From: Azolla caroliniana
Lineage: Eukaryota > Plantae > Polypodiophyta
Length of the DNA stretch: 64,000 bases
Assembly: GCA_043228905.1 (NCBI GenBank)
Contig: JBHGNT010000005.1
Span: forward strand, 5,952,001 to 6,016,000
Reading direction: 5' to 3'
Of the stretch, positions 1-11,019 are shown in pieces. A model generated the notes under the pieces. It ran no database searches, was not told where the DNA came from, and was given only the letters and a program-made list of their open reading frames with translations. How positions within the stretch are numbered: the first letter of the stretch is position 1; every line of letters starts with the position of its first letter. The position numbers and the translations under genes were made by a program.

Positions 1-1389
1 CAGTATTTCCACAAATGCCCCCTTGCTTCTTCTTCTTCTTTTTGGTTCCTCGTGTCGTATACCTACCTATAGGCTATGAAGAGAAAAAAAAACCATCAAC
101 AACTACTGATACAGTAGATGATCTTGAGATGTTCATTGAGATCCCATACACTTTAAGGAACCACAAGATGAAAAGACCAACAAAAAAAAGTCATCAGTTA
201 GAGTGTTATAGTATCAATCCTTCGCTTTCGTTCGTCCTTTCAAGAAGTCCCCGACCCCGGAAGAACCTGAGTGCCCCGTTGTTATTCGTTATACCCCCTC
301 CTCTCCCAGGTCCTCCACAAATGACCCTTCAAAGACCAAGTTTTACCCTTTGACTTTGAAACCTTCTTACATTACCTTTACATGTTTTGATTTCTTTGGT
401 CCTACAGGCCGTATTTGGCCACCAAAGATGATAATGAGATATCTCACCTTCTTCTTCTTTTCAAGAAGAGTCTCGCATTCTAAGAAAAAAGAACATTCAC
501 AATTCCCAATGCGGTCGAACTCAAAGAATTGAACAATGCCAAAGAGAGTTACGACATTTACAAACATTCTATATGAATGAGGGTGTTGAACTTTATGAAA
601 ATTTATGTAGAAGAATCCAATGAGGGAGTTTGTGTTTCCATACACGGTCATCAACAATGAAAATGACCCTAATATAAGGAATGCCTCTCTGTCTCGGTAA
701 CCCTTGAACAACATGTGGAGTCATACCACTAACTTTTGAGTGTGTGGTTCAACTTAGTCGGTATGATGATTGAGGTCTCTCGTGTAAATGATGTCTTGCA
801 ACCAAATATTTGGGAGCATCAATCCTTCCAAATATTCCATAATGCAATACTTGAGATTGTAGGAAACATCTCAATGATGACCTCAACCTTTCTAAGTGTA
901 AAAATCACCACAATATCTCAATAATACCCTATATATGTGAGCATAAATACAAGATGCGAGAACTGCCTTTGTATTTACATGTAAATCGATTGTAAGCCTT
1001 TATCACAACATTGCTCCCTACATTCGTAGCCCTAGAGTGAACGCAACAAACGCATTGGACATTAAACACTATAAATTATGAGAACACAAATATAGAAATA
1101 GACAATGTACATGTAGATCATGCTCAACTTCAACCGCCCAAAGTCCCCACATGTAGTTGTACGTGTATAATCTCCCATTTAATGTAGACCATTGCTAAAC
1201 TATTATATGATAAAATTAAGCATACAAACATATTCAAACTCATTATATTAATATTGAGATGAAGCCATGTGTCCCTTATCCACACAATATTTGAATAAGT
1301 ATTTACAATTTTATTGCAGAGTGGAGGCCCACCACTACTCCCCATGATCCCAAATACTACGTTCAATTTGCTCTTTCTCCACTCACCTC

Positions 1390-1520
1390 AAACATTTATG
1401 GTTAGTTCTCTAAATATGGCAAAGTTTGATGGAAGCAAATGTAAGTGCATTTGAAAGTTTGATGATTCATTGTTGCTTCATAGATTTCCATAAAGCTTTT
1501 GATATGGTGCCTTCCGAACA
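1390..1520 (+). pseudogene. RTE-like LINE RT remnant, left piece (interrupted by the gypsy element)
   Basis: 1468-1512 translates HCCFIDFHKAFDMVP, the non-LTR RT motif (CFxDFxKAFDxV). The matching downstream RT motifs resume at ~6930. Confidence 0.6.
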
Positions 1521-1566
1521 TGTTTCTTTTTTCCAAAAAAGAATATGCTCCATTAGTTAAATACGT

Positions 1567-1860
1567 TGTCAGGGTAGTTGTGGTTCATGCGGCGAAGTCG
1601 CGGGGACTAAGGTTAAGGGGAGTTGAAGAAACTTAACTTTTAATAAGGCTTGTATGGTGATGATAGAATGGTTAAGCATAGTAAGAAGAAGAGTTACGAG
1701 TAATGTGCGTGTGTGTGTGTGAGAGAGAGAGAGAGACGAGCATAGATAAAAGATAGAGACAATGTATGATTCAAGAAAGAAGATTGAGACAAAGTATGAT
1801 TCAAGGAACAAGAGTATATGATATAAACAAGATGTATATTAAATATATAATATTTTACCA
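1567..1860 (-). repeat. 3' LTR (possibly partial) of the gypsy element
   Basis: Aligns with 5881-6122: TGTC..GTAGTTGTGGTTC.TGCGGCGAAGTCGC.GGGACTAAGGTTAA ... TTTTACCA. Confidence 0.75.
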
Positions 1861-2002
1861 ACTTTACAATCCTTGATCGCAAGATGAATCTTTTCAATAC
1901 CGACCCTTGATTTGAACCCACGACTTCCATTTTGAAATGCGAGGCTCTTCACCGAATAAGATATCTTCAATACTTGTTTAGATTCTTTTCTCCCCCTTCC
2001 TC

Positions 2003-3956
2003 TTACCTTGCTCTTGATAACATATCTGCTATTGCATTTCTATTCCCAGAGATATGTCGAACTTCAGGGTTGACTGATCTAATATAGATACACCATCTTA
2101 ACATGGCTTGATTTGGAATATCACGATTAGCTATGATACCAAGAATAGGCAAACAATCTGTTTCCATTATTACTTCAACACCAATTAAGTAATATTTGTT
2201 TGTCTTTACTGCTGTTACTATCCTCCATAGCTCTCTTTTCACCTGTACATATTTTCTTTGTCGACCACTAAGAACCTTTGCTCCGAATCGGACTGGATAC
2301 CTTTCTTCCCCATCTTGTTGGCTTATCACCCATCCAATTCCAATGGGACTAGAGTCTACTATGAGATATATGGGTCGGGTGTAGTCAGGTTGCTTTAATG
2401 GTGGAGCTTGTGCTAAGTAGTACTTCAATTTCTTCATTGCCTCTGAATGCTCTTCATTCCATTCGAATGCCTCTCCTTTTCTTAGGAGTCTAGATAAAGG
2501 TTCAGATAAATGGGCATAATGTGGAATCCATTTACAGTAAAAAACACATACCCCCAGAAACCTTCGTACTTCTGAGACGGATGTACATTCCTCTTGCATA
2601 TTTTGAATTGCATTGACCTTGGCTGGGGATGGCTTTCTCCCGTACGGGCCACACATATGAGCAACTATTAATATCTCTTTTGCCCCAAATATTGACTTCT
2701 CCCCTAATAAGGTCAAATGCACTTCTTCCATCCTTGATAGTACCTTCTCACAATCCTTGATATGGTTAGCGACGAATTGATGACAACCACTTTCGTCCAA
2801 TTCCTCATTCTTCTCTTCCTCCTTACCTCCCTTAATCGGAACATCATCTAAAAAATGCATTGTAATATGAGGAATAAAATCACAAAGTACCTTGTTCATT
2901 CCATTCATCATATGTGCCACTGAGTTGGTCGCTCCTTGCGGCAAGGTACACATCCGTACTAACCCTATAGGTGTCTTGATAGAAGTTATATCTCGACTTT
3001 TGATAGCAAGTTGAAATTGATCATACCCGGAATAAAGGTCTCCCATTGAATATATAGCTCTTCCTGCAAACATCTCAGCAAACTCATCCACAATTGGACC
3101 TACTCCCAAGTTTCGGATTGTTACCTTATTCACGGGTTGCATATCTTTCTTTAACACAATGAACCATCGACTCAAGTAAGGAGTGTTCGATGGTTCCAAG
3201 ATAGCCATCCTTATATCTTTTCTTTCAGAAGTTCTAATAGTTGAGGGATTCTAGCCCTAGGCATGGGTATTGGCTTAAAGTTCCATGGAATATGAGGAAT
3301 AGTGAATATAACCATGGGCTCTACAATTTCTGGATCCACACACCCTATTTCCTCAGGTTGGAATGCGAACGCCTTTCCATGCCTTTTTAACATCTCCTTG
3401 AATTGCTTTTCTTTAGAAGGTAATAGGAAGTCACCCCCTCCTATTTTCATCCCTTGTATTGTTTCCGGAGTAAACACATGTCCCACCTTTCGTGGGTCTC
3501 TGATCATTGGCTCTGTGGCTGCTTCTTTGATTGCTTTTTCACTATCCCCTAGAAGTGGAGCAGCAATAGGACGAACCTTCTTCTCCACTGTCTTGTACTT
3601 TGTTAGTACATGTGCTTCATGATCCTTTCGAGCAACTTCTTCAATGACCCCGTACATCTTGATTGAATGGACAGGAACTTGGATTTCGTTGTCTTCTTCC
3701 ATTGCTTCCAAATGAGTTATTGTATCTTCAAAACTTAATTCTTCAAACATATCCTGAATTTCTTCATAATCATCTATTAATCCAGAACACTTAAAGTACT
3801 CAAAAGCATTTTGTATTTTATTATTATTTACTTTTAGTATAAAAGTAGCACCATTAGATGAGATTGTACAAGGAATATCTTTATTTACATTATTATTCAT
3901 GGGGTTTTCTTTTATGTTCGGGCTATCACAGCCCCTACATGTAAAAGCCCTATCTA
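2003..3956 (-). pseudogene. gypsy pol (RT-RNase H), disrupted
   Basis: ORFs 3211..3900 and 2003..3208 carry the RT and RNase H motifs. Their frame break and the stop after ADMLSRAR are decay. The frame of the 3211..3900 ORF stays open back to the slippery site at 3957-3963. Confidence 0.85.
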
Positions 3957-5726
3957 AAAATCCTGGGAAAACTCTTCATCCATCTCTTGAATTGGATGTT
4001 CCCTCAAGCATTCTTTGTTTCTTTCATGGTTGGGCCTCACGGTTACGAATTGGACAGTCTTTCTTCCATCTTGACTCTTGATTCTCGCGAAAGCCGAACC
4101 ATCATCAATAACCTTTGTTTCCATCCTCACTACGGTGATGTAGGGCTGACCAAGGATGACGGGGTAGGTTGATCGATCCTGCACAAAGAAATTTTGATTC
4201 ACTGACACATCACCAATTGTTACCTTCACACTAGGACATGCTCCGAATAGATCCTCCGTAGTCTCTGTGGCAGCTCTTATTTTCCACCCATGATTCTTGT
4301 CGATCGGTCACCATCCTCGAGCGTAAAATTCCGATGACATCATGTTAATCTCGGATCCATGATCGATCAAAGCAATACATGGAATTTGCTGCTCCCCAAT
4401 TTTTGCAGGTGCCTCCGTTGTTACTCGAGCCCAATGGTCCCTTGTATAGTGACTCCTATCCCTTTCATGGACGCCAACATCATTTTGGTTTTTTACACTT
4501 GCAACATTGATGGTGCCACCATACAAATCTTGGAGTGTTGCTGCACACCCTCTTGTAATTTCCTCTGTCACATGTCTCTTCCTTCTAATAATATCTATGA
4601 TAACTTCATGAAATTCTTTCTTTGCTATACCCAACACTTCTCTTAAAGTAAATTCTACCTTACTATTTAATATTCTTGTTTCTAGTACCTTTTTTATATC
4701 CGTCGTTGTTTCTATGTTTGAGGCAAGCTTGAAAGATGGGCCTGTCTTTCCTTTTACTTTATCAGCTTCCTTTGGCTCAGTAGCACATATTGTGCATTCA
4801 TATCTCTTTGTCGGATCAGCTTCCTCAGCTCTCTTCCGCTTCTCCTCCACTAGCACATATTGTGCATTCACTTGGGCGAATGCTGATAACGCGTCTACTG
4901 GATCATTCCATCCAGTGAAGTTTTGTATTTCATCTCCCGCTCTTTTTAATTCATCCATTCAAACCTTCCCTTTTCTTGCATAATCCATCACATCTTACCA
5001 AAAGCCAGATCCACCATATGAGTCTTCTACGCGCAACCCTAAGGTTGCCACTGATTGTATCGCTTGAGTCGTTTCTCTCTCGACGTCTTCCATTAGCTTT
5101 TTCATTCCACCTCGCCCGAAGTTGAGTTGAAGTGGTTGTCGAGTCTCTGTCGAGTGAATTTTGCCATCTTGATAGTAGATTTTATTATGATTAAGAGCAT
5201 CCCTATGTTCTTGACAATCTTTCTTTTGGTGGTCGATGTTGTCACACCACATACACCTTCGAACCAATCCACCTCCTTGCCTTGACGAAGTTGAGCTTTG
5301 TCTCGATTCCAACTTCGTCACTTTGATCGACAAGTCTTTCATGCCTTTCACCAATTTGTGCAAGAGTGACTCTTCCACTTTCTTTTCTCCCGACTCATTC
5401 CCCGTTTCTTCATCATTTTTGTTGGGCAATTCCATAAACCATAACTTTCTTTTGCAGAAATGGGCACACGCCCTTTTCACCTCCTCCCAATCTTCGGTAA
5501 GTCCATTCGGACTATTATGATCTTCTAGAAGCATTCCCAAATCCTTCATGTCTTTAATATTAGTAGCTTGTAGAAACAATATTACTTTATCTGGCATTAT
5601 TGTATTTCTATCCCTAATATTTAATTGCTCAAATCTTTCTGAAAACTCTTTTAACACTTCCAAAATACTTAAATGCTTATTAGACTCTACCCAATCCATG
5701 AAAGTTCGCCTTGTCATCCTTGACAT
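3954..5726 (-). pseudogene. gypsy gag-protease, disrupted by in-frame stops
   Basis: ORFs 4995..5726, 4308..4958 and 3954..4229 share one frame and contain the zinc knuckle, the aspartic-protease motif LIDHGSEIN and ILGQPY. Confidence 0.8.
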
Positions 5727-5858
5727 ATTGTTGAGGTTGTATTAATTCAACAATGCTCTTTCGAAAGTTGCTCATGTTTGATGCTCCATATGTAGCTCTT
5801 GGATCCTTTGTTGTAGCCCAATCGTAGTGACTCAACTAAAGCTATTAATTTTGGCAGC

Positions 5859-5876
5859 TTCACGTCGGGTTCACCA
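5859..5876 (-). promoter_or_regulatory. Primer-binding site complementary to the tRNA-Trp 3' end
   Basis: The plus strand reads TTCACGTCGGGTTCACCA, which matches the 3' 18 nt (incl. CCA) of plant cytosolic tRNA-Trp as I recall it. It sits just inside the 5' LTR. Confidence 0.8.
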
Positions 5877-5880
5877 AATG

Positions 5881-6122
5881 TGTCGGAGTAGTTGTGGTTC
5901 GTGCGGCGAAGTCGCAGGGACTAAGGTTAAAGGGAGTCAACTATATATTTTATAAGGCTTTGTGCATTGATGTTAGGAAGATTAAGGATAAGAAGAATAA
6001 GAGTTAAAAGTATTGTGTGACAAAGAGACGAGGGTAGATTAGAGACAAAGATAATGTATGGCTTAAGAAGTAATAGTATATGATATTAACATGATTTATA
6101 TTAAGAAGATAAAATTTTACCA
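5881..6122 (-). repeat. 5' LTR of the gypsy element (outer boundary uncertain)
   Basis: Homologous to 1567-1860 and adjacent to the PBS. Confidence 0.75.
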
Positions 6123-6404
6123 CAAAGATTAAGGATAATAGGAATAAAAGTTGAAAGTAATTAAGGATTATTATTCTCTAAATTTCCCTTGATTGATTGA
6201 TTACCGTGTTTTCCCTTTCCCCTCTTTTTATAAGTATTTCCATGCATATGGTAATGGCATGCATGTAATTCACGAGTTACAAGTGATGCATGATCGCCAT
6301 TTGGCGCACATGTATTGCATCTGATGCATGATAGCCATCATGCTCATTTGAGCTCCCATGTATGAAAATATATATGGGATAAGTATAATGATGGATGTAA
6401 CCCT

Positions 6405-6675
6405 AAAACAAATAACCTAGCTTAGTGGTGTATGCTTTATGCTTGATATACAAGGTTGAGGGTTCAAGTCCCTCAATTGTACTTAATACAATATTTAAGT
6501 TTATTCTTATATAGCAAAGTACATTCTTGATAACATTTGTAAAAACAAATAGCCTACCCTAGTGGTATATACATTGAGCTTGGTTTATAAGGTTGTGGGT
6601 TCAAGTGTCTCAAATACTACTAAATACAATACTTAAGTTCATTTTTATATCGTGAAGCACATTCTTCACGACAAC
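6405..6675 (+). repeat. Two tandem ~137-bp units with tRNA-like Pol III A/B boxes (decayed tRNA-derived/SINE-like heads)
   Basis: Each unit has AAAACAAATA, TAG/CCTAGTGGT (A-box-like), AAGGTTG.GGGTTCAAGT (B-box/T-loop-like) and a shared AT-rich tail ending ACATTCTT..ACA. Confidence 0.6.
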
Positions 6676-6929
6676 GTTCCTATGTACACAACTTTAGTCC
6701 CCTTATCGGGCGGTCCTTGCCTAAATTATCCTATCATCCTCAACTACTATATACCTTGTGTTGATGGTAGAAAAGCTCACCACCAGACGTCTACTTACAT
6801 TTGGGCGGCATTCGACACGGAGAATAACTTGAATCACCAGGTAAATATATATTTGGTATTTCTCTCAATCTATTAGAAGGTGATATTTTGTGTATGTATG
6901 GGGGTTGTAGTTTCAATTTTTTTCATCAC

Positions 6930-7950
6930 CTTTATTGGTGTTAATCAAGCATACCAACTCCCCATAACACCCTTTGATTTATGCATTGATGAATTGGGGC
7001 AAATGGTTGACAAACTCAAAGAAGAAGGCATTGAAGAGGTTGAAATTTTATGTTATTATGACTTTGCTATACAAATATGATGTATTGTTTTTAACATATA
7101 TTGTAGAAGCTTCACGAAAGTTTACAAATAACAAATATGTCTTGGAAAACTCTTACATGAGTAACAATTGGAGGTTCAATAACCCTAAAACAAAGGTCGT
7201 GCTTATGAAGACTCAAAATAAAGATAAATCATGTACTATGTACAATAATGAGCCATGACAAATAGTACAAAGCTTCAAATACCATGGGTTTGACTTTCCT
7301 TCAATCATATTTTATGGAATGAACATGCAACTCACCACTTCAAAGTAGGAGAGAGAATTTACTATACACCTCAGAACATATGCACTAGATGAGATGAAAT
7401 CAAATATTGAGTTCTTAAGAAGACATTTTGGTGACACTAGTAAGAGAAAAGGGAATAGTTTATCATAAGAGCTTTTGCCCATCATGCACCAATTGAGAGT
7501 GTGAAATACCCCCCTTTATACATACACATATGAAAGGTGTAAGTTAAATCATCTTACATTCTCGAGACGATTTATATGCTATAGTTTAAGTGGCATAAAT
7601 TGATATATTCAAGTAATAAAAGTATAAAATTTTCACTTCTTCCTCTTCAATGGCTATTCTGCCTACAAAAAGTTGGCAGTTGATCATCTCTCAATCAATC
7701 AAATTGATGGCCAAGAGGAAATCATAATAGTCAAATATGCTCACCCTAACCCATTAACAAATTTCAATGCAAGTTTACATAGATATACTTGTCAAATTTC
7801 ATGCTCGTAAACATATCCTTACTAGTTTTTAAAATATCAATGATAAGAGGTACTAGAAATATCAATTTCTTTTTGGGCTTACAAGTTTATAAATGAAGAA
7901 AAGCATGTTTACCATGAGAGAGATAATATGAAGTTGATTTCTTGAGAGTT
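6930..7950 (+). pseudogene. RTE-like LINE RT remnant, right piece
   Basis: GVNQAYQLPITPFDLCIDEL is a decayed GVKQGCPLSPTLFGLCIDEL. KTKVVL...IVQSFKYHG is a decayed KTKV...FKYLG. Confidence 0.6.
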
Positions 7951-8787
7951 AGAGTCATGACACACTCCATTATCCCACTACCTTTTTGACTAGTCATGAT
8001 CTGGAGATGCCGATGATGTAGGACAAATCACGAAATCCCGAGGGAGTGGGGATCTGCTGCCTTCAAATAATTCCATTATCCATATTTGTAACTAGGAAAA
8101 TTCTTGTAACGAAATAAGAAATGTGATCCTATCAATTTCATAAGTTGTGACCTGACCCCATTCAACGTACCAAAATTATGACTTGACCAAATAATCACAC
8201 AATAGTTTCAATATTATGGTTATGTTTTGGTGGTTATATTATATATATTGAATGTAAGCCCTCATATACGTAATTCTCATGTCATTATCACTACAACCTC
8301 CCTTTCGGCAAATAAAAAGAACTTGACTATATATATATATATATATATATATATTCCAAAAAGATACTACATTAGTATTAGAAAACCCCATAAGGCTAAA
8401 CATACAAGATATACCACCGATCCCCTATGTTTTTCTAAATTCTAACCATCGGCTTAAATAAATACTTTGGTGTTGAGTAAAACCATTCCACCTTATCAAA
8501 AAGCTGTCTATAAAATATACCTATGTCCAAATGACATGAAACCATAGTTCCTAATATTCGCGTACGTCCAATTTACTGGACATACGCGAACGTTTGCAAA
8601 TGTACGCGATATTCGTTTTTTTTTCTTGACTTTTTTTGGGTTTTTAAAATTTTTGATATTCATAATTCTTTGTGAATAGAAGTGGCGTTTGACACACACA
8701 CACACACTCTCTCTCTCTCTCTAGAGTCTAGATATACACTCAACCACTGTCTCCTCACACATGCAAAACAGGGCTTCTCTCTCTAGA

Positions 8788-8828
<41 letters not shown>

Positions 8829-8962
8829 GTACACCATATACACCATATGTATATATCTATGTACCACATATGGATTTCAATCATACTTGGAGCCTTTTCA
8901 CGTATGAGTATGATACGAATATTGGCGTTTGAGTATGAGACGAATGGGACGTATGGCTAGAA

Positions 8963-9650
8963 CTATGCATGAAACTCCAAACACTTAAGCTCCGCTTGAT
9001 GTGTATTACCTTTTATACTATCCAACAACCCTTTGAGACTATGCACAATCTCTATCCAAATTCCTAAAATTATTTGGTCACGTCTTTTAGTCACATTTTG
9101 AAATGCCTTCAAACATCGAGCCTTCCAAATATACCAAATTGTAATACTACTTACCAATTGCCATATTTGAGGTTTATTAGTTTGTATTTGTGGATTCAAG
9201 GGGATCCAAAATTTTCCTGCCAAACCATGTCTCATCACAATAGCATCTGCAAACTCTTCCTATTCATATACCATACGTTTATCATGTACCACCACCCATA
9301 ATATTGCACCCCATGTATACATTGGTCTAGGATATACTGGAGTTAATAAATTTATGATTTGTTTCCATATGTCTAGAGCAAAACCACAACTCCACAAACA
9401 ATGTTTGGCAATCTCTATTACATCTGTATAGAAAGGGCACATCTTGTCTACATTTCCTTTTCGTCACCAATTAACTGGTATAGCATTATGAACCAACAAC
9501 CATAAAAAACAAACAATTTTCCTACTCATCTTTATACCCCATAGCCATTTCCCAAATTGTTTGAGATGTTGTGGAGAAAGTCCATTTCGTCTCCAAACAA
9601 CATTTGCAGTTGGGACTAATTTATTATATTTACATGGGGTAATATACAAA
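8963..9650 (-). pseudogene. L1-type LINE ORF2 C-terminal fragment (zf-RVT region)
   Basis: FLWLLVHNAIPVNW...CPF...HCLWSC...IW and TIWYIWKARC motifs. Confidence 0.8.
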
Positions 9651-9856
9651 TACCCACTATAGGTGTTGACTATCCCATGCCATCAATATATTCTAAACTC
9701 GATAGTAACTACATTTCATCCAAAAAGTAGACCTAATAATATCTCCTTTATATTTTATGTATCACATTCAGGCTTTAGAGTCCCTATAATGAATCAATGG
9801 TATGAAATTTGGATCAAGGTCTCCCTATAATGAAGCAACATAATCTAATCATGTTA

Positions 9857-9980
9857 TGAGTGTATAATTACTTTATAAAGTGTAATTTTTTGGACATAGG
9901 GGTAGTTTGGTAAATTTGGAACTTCCAGGGGCATTCTGGTAAATAGACGAACTTCCAGGGGTAGCTTGGTACTTTTTCCT
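9857..9980. mobile_element. Single terminal-inverted-repeat arm of the Mutator-like MITE seen at 48091-48338
   Basis: Near-identical to the reverse complement of 48091-48212 (GAGTGTATAATTACTTTATAAAGTG...GTACTTTTTCC). Confidence 0.75.
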
Positions 9981-11019
9981 TTTTTATACCACTCCTACTT
10001 TTATCCGGTGCAATGCATCTCCTTCTTGATGCAATCGTGTGATGTGACACGATAATTGGACTGATGTCACTCAAAGAGAGAGATGCAAGTATAAAGGAAG
10101 CAATATTAATATTATTGAAGTATAGGGTTGAGCTCTCGCTAGAGATCTAGGATGGCAAGGATACGTTTAAAAATAAACCGAAACGATTGAGATATATACA
10201 TATACTATTTTTAAGTGAAGAGAATCAAATAGACAAACTCTAATTTAGACTAAATAAGGCATGATATTATCTAATGGATATGGTTTGGAGTTGGACTTCG
10301 AAATTTAGAATGATCCAAAAGAAAACAAAAAACATATCTAGTTGAACAAGCAACATTTATTTACAAAGCTCTTATTTTTCTAATTCTAGAACGACAAAAA
10401 ACCACAATGACATACGACAAAATCCACTACATTATTGTGATGCATGTGTACGATGAACTAAATTATGGATAAAATACGTCATATGCATTCGTCCATTTCT
10501 TGTTTTCTTTATGGATAGGTGAATATATTTATAGTATTTTACATTGTTGAATAATATGAGAAACAATACCTTTCCGAAATCCACAGTTTTCCGATTATAG
10601 TTTGAACATTGGAAACTTTAGAAAGTGCACTACATAGTGACAAGTTCAACAGTTTGTTTCGTACACTTAACTTCTTGAAAACTTAGTTCTTTGGTTGAAG
10701 TTAAATATTGCTATAATACTATGGGCATGCAACTCACGTGCTCTCTCTCTCTCTCTCTAACATGACAAGCAAAAACTTTGGATATAGATGACTAAGCAAA
10801 CCCTCATGTCTTGGATAACATTAAAGGCTAGCTCCTCCAAGAACACCTCTCTCTCCCTCTCTCCATATAACATTAGAGTAAATTAAAAAAACATGCCGAT
10901 ACAAAACTCCTTAACGATTTTCGATCAATATATGACAAACATGATTTATGTGCACTTTTTTTTTTTTTCCCAAAAAAAACTCCCCTTCCATTAGTTATAA
11001 AATTTTACAAATGAGACGA

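Larger units (their letters stand above)
1567..6122 (-). mobile_element. Ty3/gypsy LTR retrotransposon, decayed, integrase largely deleted (probably a non-chromovirus, Phygy/Selgy-like lineage)
   Basis: Order is gag (C-x2-C-x4-H-x4-C knuckle CMWCDNIDHQKKDC), protease (ALIDHGSEIN), RT (DLYSGYDQ, PQG, FLDD), RNase H (DSS...ETDC...ADMLSR). Diverged LTR copies lie at 1567-1860 and 5881-6122, with a PBS next to the latter. Confidence 0.9.

Noticed and set aside
15-1366. Short ORFs at the window start
   Set aside because: No recognisable motif and low-complexity translation. They may be decayed TE sequence, but I cannot support a call.
8289-8296. CACTACAA as a possible CACTA transposon terminus
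   Set aside because: No matching opposite terminus, subterminal repeats or transposase found.
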